A stretch of DNA of 64,000 nucleotides from Lytechinus pictus (lineage: Eukaryota). This document shows, one piece after another, positions 1 through 13,300 of the stretch. The DNA lies in the NCBI RefSeq assembly GCF_037042905.1, contig NC_087246.1, positions 496,001 through 560,000 on the forward strand, read 5' to 3'. Under the pieces are notes generated by a model. The model did not search any database. It saw nothing but the letters and a program-made list of their open reading frames with translations, and was not told the DNA's origin. Numbering within the stretch: position 1 is the first letter of the stretch; every line of letters starts with the position of its first letter. The position numbers and the translations under genes were made by a program.

Positions 1-3000
1 GAAAAGATGAAGATCGTAAATGTAGGTGAATTTTTTTCCACGTCGGGTTCATGAGATTAATAACCAGTGCATGGTGTTTCACAAAGAGCTAATCATTGTT
101 GAGTTTACAAATGTTACTTAAAAGAGTGAGAAAAATTGAGTAGGAAAATGGGTGAAGAGATTTGAAAAGGGGGAGGAAGAGGTGAGGATAGAGAAGATAG
201 GGAAGACAAACGAAAATAAGAAAGAATTAATTGATTTGTGGGGTGTGATGAGAAATAGCAATAAGAAGCTTTTTGTGTTTTCATTTATTTTTTGTTTGCA
301 TCATCTTTCTATTGTTTACCCGTGAGGTTTCCTTTATTTCATTTAATCATGCAAAAGATATTCATGCTTTTTAACACAAGGATTGGTGTGGGTGAATTTA
401 TTCCAAAGGTGTGGCACAAAAAGAATGAAACACAATAAATATACATATCATGAGAGTGGAGTTAGTGACCAAGCTATTTGATAGAACGAAGGAGGGATGG
501 GCCGATAGGAAAATGGAAGTAAACAGATGTGGGATAGAGTAGATATATATATATATATAGTGAGAGAGAGGGGGAGAAAGAAAGAAGATAAGACAGACAG
601 AAAGATAGCAAAAAGAAAGAGAGAGATAGATACAGTAGGTAGACTATGAGGATAGACTATCAGTAGGTGTGAATAATGTATGAGATGATACGAAGTCAGC
701 AGAACCAACGGCAGTAAACGTGTACGTATCATGCGCCTCTAACCCACTAGGGAGATAAGAGTAGGTGTCTTACTACTGCTACTCCAATCCCCTCTATCCG
801 CTGTGCGTGCCTACCAACCCCTTTGATGCTCCGCTACTTTCCACGCCATGGATTCAGGGAGCGCCAACTGGCAGATGTGTTGCTAAATTACCTGGAGGGT
901 GACAAACCTGAAACGTGCCACACGCAACTTGCCTGGCCCACTATTAAGTCTCTCATATTTTACCTTTCTGAATTCCATCCTTTCTCTCTATCTTCTATTT
1001 ATCATCCTCTTTCAAAGAAGTTTTCATATTTTGCACTCTTATCTCCTGTAACTCTATCATTTTTTCTACATTCCCAAAGAAACCGGTTTCTTTATTAGTC
1101 ATTTTGTAAACACTCAATTTCAGGCATCCACTACTTCCTATAGCTTCATCACTTCCTTTCCTAAATCACTGAGATTTCCTTTTAAACACCTCATTCAACT
1201 TGATATTAATCTCTTTCTTGGTTTATAAGAAAAATCAAAGACTTGCCACAAATCTTCTGTTAAAGTGTTGAGAAAATATCGAAACTCTAAATCAACTGTT
1301 CTATCCTCTTATTTTTGTATTAGTCTAATATTTGATACATTCCAATACATTCTTAGAAACTAAAATTGGGGGAAAAATATTCATTTAGTCTTTCCTATTT
1401 TCTCTTTTCCCATTTTTACTCAAAATGCACTCTATCAAGCACCAATCTTCTTTACACTTACAAGCTCATTTATATTACTCCTTGGGTGACAATTTAATTT
1501 ATTTGATATTCTAAAAAGAAATGACACAAAAACGACATGTTAATTCGTCGTAGCCATTGCCTGATATATTATTAATGATATCACATGCATATTTAAGTGT
1601 TGTAATATCAAACATTAATTATTCATGTCACACCAAAATACCACAAAGCTCACATATTTTAGGGGAGAAAACAGACATTTCTATTTCTGATACATAATAA
1701 TGACTGTCATGTTGCCATATTATTACATTTTATAATTTGAATAAAAAATCACTTCCACAAAACAAAATAAAACTCCTGTAGATGTACTCCCTTAGCAATT
1801 GTTTAATTAACACAAAGACCACACTCTTATGAAGTGCCAGTTGAAAACTCAAATCCAAAGACCACTTTTATGGAGTGCCAGTTGAAAACTTAATCACAAA
1901 GACAAAATGATTATATAACAAATTTCCACATGAATATCAAAGAATGAAGATGAACCAAGTATTTCATAGAACTATGAACTAAAAGCTAGAATATCATCCA
2001 TGAAGTCCGAGTCATTTCAAATTCTTGAGAAGATTCCACTTGATTACATAATATAATGTGCATTTAATTGTGTTAATGTTTACAATAACAGGGACAACAA
2101 ATACTATAATTCTCCAATAAAAAACATGCCAAAAGATGTATTACACAAACAAAAATCATGTTTTAGCATACAGAGTTTAGAAAAGGGACATTTACTTGTT
2201 TGCTTTCACATGCAATTCTTCCTGATTTAAGGGAGTCTCTTATAATGGGAATAGTGACAAAAATTACTGTTAGTTTCAAGTTGTTTTAATGTCAATCAGA
2301 AAAAAGATTATGGTATTATGGTAAAACGTTACAAACAAAAAGAGTTGTTCTTCAGTTACCTTTACATTAAAAATATTACAATAAAAAAACAACAAAACAA
2401 AACAAACATTAAAACATCTAGTAAATGCCTTGCAATGCATCTACAAGAATCTAAAAGAATAGTTGTTATATAATGTTCCATTTCTACAGTTCAGTTTGAT
2501 AGTAATATTAAGGTTGTTAAAATACAGTGTACCTTATTTTCTAGTTCATGAGGTGGTGGTAGTACATATTGCATTTGAAGCTAGTTGATATACAGTCCAG
2601 TTTATACTTGATAATCATAATATCTCAGATAGAATGCTTTTAGCTTAACAAGTGTGTTAGTACACCATAAATAAAGAAAGTGAAGAAAAACATTGTAAAA
2701 TCTACAGGATGAGCTCTAGAGTGACTCTAAAAATCATCTTGGCTTTGTGAGATGGTGAGGAAGAATCACATTTCTGAATTTTGAGAGGTGAACGGTGAAG
2801 GATTATGAATAAAAGCATGCATGCAGGAAAGAAAAGTCAATGTTGACTGAAGCATAGGAGGCTAATAACAAGCACTTAATGGCATTGAAAAGAGAGAAAC
2901 ATAGTAAAGTGTGTTTAGCCAAGCAAACAGAAGTAGAGAGTGGGTATGTAGATGGTCCATTCTAGGGTGTAGTCTCCCAAGAGAACAGCTATCACTAGCC

Positions 3001-4968
3001 CTCCTTTTTCCTATCCTACTTTTGCCATTAACCTTAAACGTCGTCGTTTGCTGAAAAACAAACCCCCTTGCATGCCCCCTGGCTTCCGATCCCAACATCC
3101 CATCCGGTCTCCATTCTAGGGCTCTCCTCGTTTGCTAGCCAGCCTTACATCCCCGGGATCCGAGCCTTCAACGCGTGAGTAATGCCCCACAATCCCTTCC
3201 AAATTGGGATTTCAATAATTAATGCACTCTGCGTCCATCAAACTGTGTAGTCAGGATTTCTTTCCACCCGATCCCTTCAATCTTCCCCTCTCTCTTTCTC
3301 CCTCTCATCCCGCTCAAACCATCAACCATCCCACTTCTCTCCCTCCCCATACTCCCCCGAGACCTTGCGTAACATAGATGGCCGACTAGTCTAATCCACA
3401 ACGATGTTTATTCTACCCTTCCGTTTTGCTCTCCCTTTTCTCTCCTCCCTTTCCCCCCTCCCGAATGGCTGACGGTTAGGGCACGAGCTCGCTCTCTACC
3501 TCAAGCAAACTGGAAGCAGATTACACGCCATTCCTTTGTCGGTCTTAAATGGCTACATTGAATGCACACTATCGCTCGCATGCAAATTGTCATAAGTACC
3601 AATTCCCTCTAGAGATGCTGCATCTTCCCACACACAGAAGGGAAGACGATTAAAGGCTTTTGATCAATCTACAATAGAAGCATTCTTTATAATCATTGCC
3701 CATTTCAAGCCTGTCCTTCTTGTTTCCTCTCCATCCTCTTGACATGGTGGATGCTTGGTTTGTCTCAAGTAGTCTAAAGTACTTGGTGAACCAATGGAGT
3801 CTAAGAGGAGTCTCCTACACCCCACTTCATTCCAAGCTCTCTCAGAACATCCTATAGAGAAAAAGAGAATTACAGAGAGGGTTAATACCAAGATACTCAA
3901 ACAGGGATATGATACAAATGGCATGTCTGTAAATGATATTCATTTCTATAACAGAATAAATTATTTACATCAAGCTATGCAAGAAATACTGCACTTCACT
4001 TTGGATCACATCAGGTTTTATTTGTGTTTCTATATAATCATTACTGATATTTCATCAAAGAAAGAAACCATCATTTACATATTTACCCACTTTGTTAACA
4101 CTGTGAAAAAGACATCAACATACGAATATAGAAACAATAACATAAATTAATAATTCATGCAATATGTAGTTGACACGCATACAGGAAAGTGAGAGGAATG
4201 GTGAACCCAAAATTCCATCTCGGAAATATATCTGTATTGGGTCTTTTAGCAGTGCATTAAAATGCATATTTTGGTCTGCATGACTTGCCAGTGCAGCATC
4301 AGAGCATACTGCATGATGCATTGAAATTTGATGAATTTGCATTGGAAAGTATACAAAACTTATTGTGCAATATCATACCATATTCCAAATTTATTAATAA
4401 TAATAATAATAATATAGGTATATTTACCCAGGGAAGCCGCTTCAGTTCTGAAAACTATTCTCCCAGCGGTCCCTGCTCTTATTGAATAATGGCCATTAAA
4501 AATTATGATACTGGATGGCATTTTATTCATGGTATTACAAAAAATATTTCACTTATTTGGGCAAATACTACAATCATCTCCGATTCATGTAATATTCCCT
4601 AACCAATGGAATATTTTTGATATATCATTTCTAGCCATCCAATATGATATAAATGTCTACCATCTTCAACATATTCAAGGTAGATTATACATAGAGTATA
4701 CCATGACCACCAAATATGTCCATGGTAGCAGGTGGCTGGTTGACCTTATACCGGTAGAGAAGGGACACCTACCTACCCCTGTCTGGCACCCCTACTTGTT
4801 ACAACTACATTTCAAGATGCTCATTAGCATTAATTGACATATTGACCATGAAATATTGACATGTCATCAAGTTGACATTGTTCTACCACCACTTGTCTCA
4901 ACCAGCATAACCAGTAGCATTAAGAAAAGCAAAAGCAGTCCCGGAAGTGTGTTTAGATTCTAATTTAA

Positions 4969-5706
4969 AGGCTGAGTTCACCCTAATTAAAAGTTTGCTA
5001 TATAAACACCCATAAAATTGTAAAAAGTATTGGTGAAGATTTGAGGAAAATCCATCAAACATTAAGAAAGTTATTAGAATTTTTTTTTTAATTCATGACA
5101 TCATATATGGGCAGCTGATCCATATAATCTAAAATGCACAAATGTCATATTTATTATGGTTCATAACATTTTTTTTTTCAGAAGAAAGTGTGAAATTATT
5201 TGTCTGTTGATATACTGAAGGTACAATGAAATGACATTTGATTGACTTCTTTACTACATGATATATGGTCAAGCTGCTTGGATACTCATAAAAAATATTC
5301 AAAAAATAAAAATTAGAATTATATTTTTTATTGTTTGATGAATTTTCTTCAAACCTGGACCAAACCTGAGCCAACACCGGTGTGGGGGCTCAGTTGGTAG
5401 AGTGTCCGTCTCACAACTGGGAGGTTCAAACCCTGGCCGCGTCAGACCACAAGACGTTAAAAGATGGGAGTTGCTGCTACCCTGTTTGGCGTTCAACGAT
5501 TAAAGGGATAGAGCCTCGTCGATCTGGCGCTGCACAGCGGCTGCCGGGCCCACAAACAATTGGTCAAAGCAAATTTTTGGAGTATTTCATTTCATGCCTA
5601 TTTCGAACAATGAAATATGGATTTTCATCCTCATTTTTTTTTCATATTTCTTATCATTTCTTAAGCTAATTTTACCATTAACCTTTTGTCAGGGTGAACT
5701 TCCCCT
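4969..5706. mobile_element. Kolobok-like MITE (TTAA flanks, AGG termini) interrupted by a SINE
   Basis: ttaa|aggctgagttcaccct ... cagggtgaacttcccct|ttaa; same family as 33678-34210. Confidence 0.8.
5377..5640 (+). mobile_element. tRNA-derived SINE (MetaSINE-like central domain)
   Basis: A box ggctcagttgg (about 5387), B box ggttcaaaccc (5423). The central gacgttaaaagatgggagttgctgctaccctgtttggcgttc resembles the Meta domain from memory; T-rich tail. Confidence 0.8.
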
Positions 5707-6698
5707 TTAATTCAACCATTTTAGTTCTTGTGGGAGATGCTTTCATTTGGGGTTATACATTACAACTTGAAAACCACTGAAGAAAGTGTAACGTATGGCA
5801 CACTATTGGGTTTAGCTATATATACAGTAAGCATAAAGAGGTCAATGGTAAGCTTGAATTTTGGTTGTAGTAGTCACCACCACCCCTCCCCCCCCCCCCC
5901 CCCGAGTGCCAATACTATCCCAATTGATTACTGATTATATGAATGTGGATGCCGTAAAACTGTATATAATGATGTTCAGGAGTGTTTTATAGATAGATAA
6001 ATACTGCGATTGTACACAGGCAATTAGTTTTTTGTCAGGTGCCACATCAAAATAAAATATCTGTTTACTTTTTTTTTGGGGGGGGGGTGGGGGATATGTC
6101 AACCTATTTTCCACACAATGTCAGGTCTGAATAAATACTGGTGGTGTATGAGGCTATATTGGCATCACCAACATCAACTGCATAATAGAATGGTAAGAAA
6201 CACAGCTTAGAAAATGAAAGTTTGGAGGAAAAAGCCTTCAATCTACCTCTGCAGTGGTATAACTCCATGAAAAGTGCCAACAATATCATGCTGTTAATGT
6301 TTGCTTTACTCTTCATATTATAAACATATCATACCTTGTATCACAGAGTGAATACATCAACACACATGGTCTGGAGGAAGAGAGGGGTTGGATACCCTCT
6401 TGAGATCACAGTAGGGGTACATCAACACACCCAGTAGGAAGGACAAGGGTGATGTTTCCTTTACTTCTATCAACAAGATCAATTCAATTCATTTTGATTT
6501 TATTAGTCAATATACACATAAACATTTCATCCACTGGAATGCTAATTATGGGCCCCTTCCATGAAAGAAGGGGTAGGATCACTTGTCTTGTTATCCTGTA
6601 TTGTATCATGATATTTGGTACATTTGTTATTCTTCTTTTCCTTGAAGAAGGGGGGGGGGAAGTAGTGTTAGAAATAGGAGGAAGAGAAGAAGAAGAAT

Positions 6699-7217
6699 AA
6701 CAAGGCATAAGCGATGTTGTGTCTCGCCCACTTGTGAAAATGACCAGAAAAATCACGATTTGCAACGGCACGCAACAGAATTGTATCAAAAGTTCATTGT
6801 GAAATAACTGGGATGAAATGACATTTGTCAAAAGAGAGTCTTGCACGTAAACTTTAACGTTGACCTCAGAATTAATTACCTTTGACCTTACCATGTGACC
6901 TCCAATTGCTGCATAACATGCAGGTCTCCTAAGTTCATCTACAACCCAAGTTTGGGTGAAAAGTGACTTATGGTTGCGCAGTTAGGTGTCATAAGAGAGT
7001 CTTGCATGTAAACTTTAACATTGACCTGAACGTAAACTTTAACGTTTACCTCAAAATGACCTTTGATCTTACCATGTGACCTGCAACTGCACCATAACTT
7101 GCAGGTCCCCTAAGTACATCTATAATCCAAGTTTGGTTGAAAAGTGACTTGTTTCAAAGTAATGTGTCATGTTTGGATCCCTTAGTCTCGCTTCACCTCT
7201 GGTGGGCGAGACAAAAA
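6699..7217. mobile_element. HINE (Helentron-associated, Tsp/pearl-like) non-autonomous element
   Basis: Subterminal inverted repeats tgtctcgcccac (6720) / gtgggcgagaca (7202); terminal hairpin gtctcgcttcacc-tct-ggtgggcgagac; two internal tandem cores rich in tgacctt; aacaag and aaaa ends. Confidence 0.75.
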
Positions 7218-9229
7218 GGAGGAGGGCGGGAGGGTAGGAGAGAGATGGTGAAGAAGAAGAATACAAAGTGGAAGGAGGAGGAAAAGATTAGGATTAAAAA
7301 AAAAGAGAATACAAAGAAGTAGGAGAAAAAGATGAACAACAATAAGAATAAGAGGAGGAGGAAGAAGAAGAAGAAAAAAAAAGAAGGAGAAGAAGAAGAA
7401 ACTTATCATTATTATTATCATTATCACTGTTGTTAGTGTTTTATTGTTGTTGTTGTTATTACACTCATCATTGATATGATATAGTGTTTTTCTTTCATAT
7501 AATTATTATGCTAATGGTTCAAATTTCATTCCCTCATTCTATATAGAGAGTTTATTTAATTCTTTTTTTATAATTGCAAATTATATTCATTCAATTAAAT
7601 GAATATCCATCAGTCATTACAATTATCGATAAAAAGGCTAATTATTTTTAGTTTCCTTTAAGAAATTCACTATGCCACTCATAAGTGTGCTTTAATAATA
7701 TAGAAAATCAAAATATATTAATTGGCTGTCAAAAAGAAATAAGAAAATGAAAAATACTTAGTCTCAATTTCCAAATCTACTGTTGATGTGAAACTAGTAC
7801 TTGTATACGATATAAAGAGAAATTTGTGATTGGCTTGATAATCTTCACTGTCTTAGATAAATATTGGTTTCAGAAGTTTGAAAGATGGGAAACTTGTAAT
7901 TATATCTTCACTAATTCAAAATAATCACTGACCTGATTTCATTTATCCTTTTATGCAAATAAAAATATTTCAAAAATAAGATAAATCTACCAGAATACCA
8001 GATCAGCTCTTTGAGTTATCCAGTATATTAGTCCACTATCTAGGTTATGGTTTGACTTATATCTATTCAATCATTAAAATTAGTGCCTCTTTCTTTCTGT
8101 CTGTCTTTTGCTCTCTCTCTCTTTTCTCCTTTACACTTGTACTTACTCTTAGCTTTTACACTTTGTTCTCATTTCTCTGCATTGGAATAACCCATTCTCT
8201 TTCCACAAGAACTGTATATTGATATCTTAAATCAAACACTTTATTTTCTAAATCATTCTTTTCTGTTACTTTGTTTATTCCCTGTCTCCTTTCTTCTGAA
8301 CTCTTACAATTCTTTCTTTCTATCATATATCATCCCTTCTTTCATCACTCCTATTCATCCATTCAATCATCAGACTTCATTATCAATAATTGCTTTCACA
8401 TCCAGTACCCATAGTATTAAATTCAATGATCTAAAAACAAACATATTTTCAATCTGAATTTTTTTTTACATTAATCTATCACGCTTTTCCTCCATCTCTA
8501 TTTTTTTTCTTTCAGAGAGGATATTCTACTCCTCACTCCTCCTTCTCCTTGGTCATCTATATCCCTCCATTCTACATCCCTTCTGTCTTCACATATCTAG
8601 TCATGATTGAGTAGCCAGTTGCTGGAATCAACAGACCTTAACCTCGGCTAATGGCCTTATGAATATTCATGACCACCTGGTTATGTAGGTAGGGTATGAA
8701 GTCATGTTGGAATACCCCTTCTCTGTCCCGCTACATCACCAAACACCCATATATCAAGTTATAACTACTCCTAAAAACATCATCGTTCTTCTTCTCCTGT
8801 CACTGGAAAACCATTAGGATTAGCAATGTATTCACCACAACAGAATAGGAGTTAAAGGATGGAGGTACATTTCCATTCATTGTTAATCTAGCAAAATAAT
8901 ACAGGTACATCATAATTTTGACACTATATCAGTTTTGTATATTTTGTAGTTTCCAAGATAAATATAAATCGATTGCATACTTGATATTTTGTACATAGAA
9001 GTTTTGAGGAGAAAATAGAAGCAAACACAAAAAACAAACAAAAAACTGGACATCAACTTTGAAAAATGAATTTCAATGTATGAGCTTCCATTTTAAGAAT
9101 ACAGTACATTGACAGTTTTTATCAGCATATACATAATGCTGATGCATGTATCAAATATATATCTTTTTTATATATCTCAGTGCAGAGTTGATTAATCCTA
9201 CTACGTTTCCTTGTTATTAGAATAAATAA

Positions 9230-9400
9230 AAACCCACTGCACTATTCGTAAAAGAGTAGGGGGAAACCCCGGTGTAGTGGTCCACCTGCACTCCCCCCAA
9301 TCAGTTATATCGGGAGGAGAGACTTGAGGGTCATAGTGATTCAGTTTGCTTTTCGCCTCCCAGGCACAGGTGATGCCAAACAAATAATAATAATAATAAT
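9230..9400 (+). mobile_element. 5'-truncated DeuSINE
   Basis: aacccactgcactattcgtaaaagagtagggggaaaccccggtg matches the Deu-domain core (AAGAGTAGGGG...CCCCGGTG) and the copy at 50420-50836; (taa)n tail. Confidence 0.8.
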
Positions 9401-9404
9401 AAAA

Positions 9405-10040
9405 TGCATTTATTTGTACTTGTGCAAGAATGTGACCGCAATCCTTATACATGCAATTGTGTCTTCCCTTCTTGAAAACTGTAACAATCTCTTGTATGGA
9501 GCCCAAGACAAGGATATAGCAAAGCTCCAAAGAATTCAAAATTTACCAGCAAGACTTGTTTCCAGGTCCAAGAAACACAACCATATCGCACCAATCCTCA
9601 CAGAACTTCACTGGCTACCCATGAATATATTTCAAAGTCCTCATAATACTATTCAATGCTATCTTAAGTCTTGCCCCCTTTCTACATACAAGCCCTCAAC
9701 CTGATAACTTCTCTTCAAGCACCAAGCACTATGACGCAAGTCCTTCACCTATACAGGCCACACCCTTTGGAATTCTCTCCCTAGCACTCTTTGATCCAAA
9801 ATAATCCTAAACTTTTCAAAACTTAACTTAAGACATATCTCTTTAATGAGGCTTTAATATAATTCCTGTAGTTTAGCTACAATTTACTTGATTATTATTG
9901 TTGTTTAATTGTAGAATAAAGTTATGTTCACTTTTGTAATTTTATCATGTATGATTTCAATTTTGTTTATATTTAGCCCATTGACAGTCCTTACAGATCT
10001 AAAATGCACCAAATAAAAACATTATTATTTCTATTATTAT
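9405..10040 (+). mobile_element. L2/CR1-group LINE 3' fragment (degenerate ORF2 C-terminus and 3' UTR)
   Basis: LIHAIVSSLLENCNNLLYG...KLQRIQNLPARLVSRSKKHNHIAPILTELHWLP matches the L2 ORF2 post-RT motif (SRLDYCNSLL..LQRVQNAAAR..HITP..LHWLP). Confidence 0.88.
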
Positions 10041-10057
10041 TATCCAACAACCAACCT

Positions 10058-10130
10058 ATTTATCTATCTATCTATCTGTCTATCTATCTATCTGTCTATC
10101 TATCTATCTATCTGTCTATCTATCTATCTG

Positions 10131-10205
<75 letters not shown>

Positions 10206-10310
10206 GTCTGTCTGTCTGTCTACCTATATATCTATCTATCTATATATCTATCTATCTATCTGTCTGTCTGTCTGTCTATCTGTCTATCTATCTTTCTATC
10301 TATCTATCTT

Positions 10311-10342
<32 letters not shown>

Positions 10343-10360
10343 ACTATCTACCTATCTATA
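10058..10360. repeat. (TATC/TGTC)n microsatellite
   Basis: About 300 bp of tcta/tctg tetramers; explains the spurious YLSI ORF. Confidence 0.98.
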
Positions 10361-13300
10361 TTCACATTTCTTTTCACCCTCTCACCTTCAGTGTTTAATG
10401 AATGACCACAAGTAAACATCTGATCCCATCCAGCATATAACATACATAAGCTAACCTTACCCTCTCCTCCCCATTCATTCTCTTTCTATCCCTCATACCT
10501 ATATCTTTAACTAACATATACTCTCATCCATTTCTATTCTCTCTATCTCCATCTTTCCTTTTCTTAATGCCCCTCTTTTTATCTAATTAATACCATTATT
10601 CTTACTGCTTTTTTTTAAATCCCCTCTCTCCTCTCTTTCTCTCTCACTATATCTCATTTTACTTCCCTACCTCTCATTCCATCTCTCTTGTCTCTATCTC
10701 TTTGGCTTCTTTAATCTACCTGTTACTCCTTATAATTTCATGGTTTACAGCTTAACCAATTTGGTTTAGGTGCTGTTTTAATGGTAATGCCTCCCTAGCA
10801 AATGTTAACTTATGCACTGATATAGCACCAGAACTAAATAATTGCAAAACCCATTGAAAGTAATTGTTCTCATTTGTAAGCCCCCCCCCCCCACATCACA
10901 GCCACCATATGTGACAGTGCTATGGAGTAAGATTTATCTACAACATACATCATATCTCCCATAGTTTATAATTTCTTGATATATTCTGGTTGATGGTTCC
11001 CCTTGAAAACCTATGCATACTGATCAATATGGATTCATCAAAATAGTGTAAGGTATTAAGCCCATCATTCACTAGAGTATATTCAAAGATTGTACGGTAT
11101 TAACATGAATCTGTTTATTGATCGCATGCATACATATAACGATATAAAAAAGATTAATGATGTTATAATCAAAATGCATGAAAAACCTGCTGGTAGATAA
11201 GATGGAATTGGAAGCTTAAGTGTTCATTTAGCAATTATTTGCTCTGACACAATAGTTAATATCAGCCTAATCTGTTTCATGGAAAGAAAAACTATACACC
11301 AATGATGAAAATAAAAGACTCAAGATTTACAGAGTTAAATCTCTTTACCAAAACCCACTACTATAACAATACGAAATGAGCATGACATTTTCAGATTCTT
11401 CCTTGCTGTCAATATCTTGTCAGATGAGTAAAGCAAGGGAATAGTTTTGGTGAGGAAGGGGTGAAATCACTGAAAATATTTAGGTATTTTGAGATGGTAA
11501 GAGGCACTTTAGAGAGTGAGAGCATGCACTCATGAGGGTAACAGATTACAAGTTTTAATTACACCTAGGTTCTCCTTCAAGCCATAGCTGTCCCAAGATG
11601 GTTGGATGGTAGAACGGATTGCATCCCCGCGCTGAGCTCACCTAAATGCCTCTCTAAGATGCACTAATTGACACCCCTAACCAAATACCCATTTCAGCTC
11701 TCTATTCCTCCTCTCGCTTACCATCCTCACACTCTTCCAATTTCTCACTCATCATCTTTCTCCCTACTACTATCTCTCTTCTAATTGTCATTCTCCAAGA
11801 TTTTATTCTTCCATGCAAAAACGGGTATCCATAACGTACTCTGTGCTTTTCACCTGTAACAATTCTCCTTCCTCTCACTTCAGGCTCTCACTGGTTTTTT
11901 TTTTCTGTCTCTCTATGACATTTTTTCAAAGAACTATTAAACTAATATTTTTTATCTATGCTTTTTATCATTATTCATTTTTTAGGGCATGCATATCACC
12001 ATAAATTCAAGTAAAACAAAAGGAAAGTGGGTTAGGAAACTTGCCATTTCCTTCTTCTAATTTCAACATTTTCCAACTCTTTTACTTTTCTTAAGAAAAC
12101 AGTGGAGCGTGACTCTCAGTTCCTAGCACATTTTATATCTTCTAAACAAAACATTCTTTTAAAAAATACCTCCTCCCCTCTCCTCTTTCTCCTACCTCTT
12201 TCCCCTTAAACTCTCCCTGAATTCAAATTTGAGTTTTGAATTTATTGGTTTATTTCAGTACTATATCCATTTTTCAACATGCAAATCAGAAATACAGAAA
12301 TACAAATCAACTATAAACAACAATCTAATACAATGAGCTTACAAACACACATTCTCTCTCTCTATCTTTATGTTTGTAGCATTACTCATTATCATCTCTC
12401 CAATCCATACCAAACCTCAACTTTTCTCTCCATCTTCTCTGTCTCTCTCAATTCCTCTCTCTCTTTTGATGTCCAAGTTCTATCATATCATTCTTCCCTC
12501 TATCCATTTCCAGTCCTTAATGGGAAAGCTAACACCTTCTACATTGGCCTCGCCCCGTTGAATTATGCCACTCTCATCTTAACACCTCCCTTTCTCTCTT
12601 GACTTCCAGCTAAATCCAGCATCTGTTCCATTTCACTGCTTAACCCTCTCCCTCTCATCACCCCACCTCCCAACATACATTACACACTATCAATTGATGC
12701 ATGGGTGTTACAGACCTCACACTGTCTTATATTGTTTTGCGTACATGTTAAGAAGAGGAAACCTGTCTGCTTTCAAAATCTGACTCTTGAAAGTGTCTTA
12801 TTGAGCCCTCAAAGGCTTTTAACAGCTCGTCACCTAACATGCCATTAGATGTAATTCTGTCAAAATGCCCCCAACATGGAAACATTGACTGGTATATTAC
12901 TGCAGTATTGATTAAGATTACAGATTGCGTAAAAATCTGTGTCCAATTACTCTTACTGGTATATTACTCTAACATTGATTAGAATGCATGTTGTTGTTGT
13001 TGTTTTTGTTATTGAATACATTACAACATTCTTTACTTCATAAACTACTGATTGAAATTGCTGTTATTCCATTAAGTTGAATGAGTAGGTAACATAAACT
13101 TGTAAGCAAGTTTACTTTTTCTATGTAGTTTATTAAATTATCTCCCAATTTATATCAGTTCATATTTTGTAGTTTCATTTTGTGTTCCAAAAGAAAAAAA
13201 AATCTAACTGTAAATACTGTTGTTTGACATAAAAAAACAAATGGGTGATGAATACAAGAGGTCACATTCTACGGTTAATAACAAACAATTAAATGGCAAT

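Noticed and set aside
5377..5445. tRNA genes (also about 25375 and 50765-50836)
   Set aside because: A/B boxes are present but there is no complete cloverleaf, and each continues into a SINE body.
10004..10405. 133-aa YLSI-repeat ORF and similar low-complexity ORFs (31949, 47346, 54220, 54239)
   Set aside because: Microsatellite translations.
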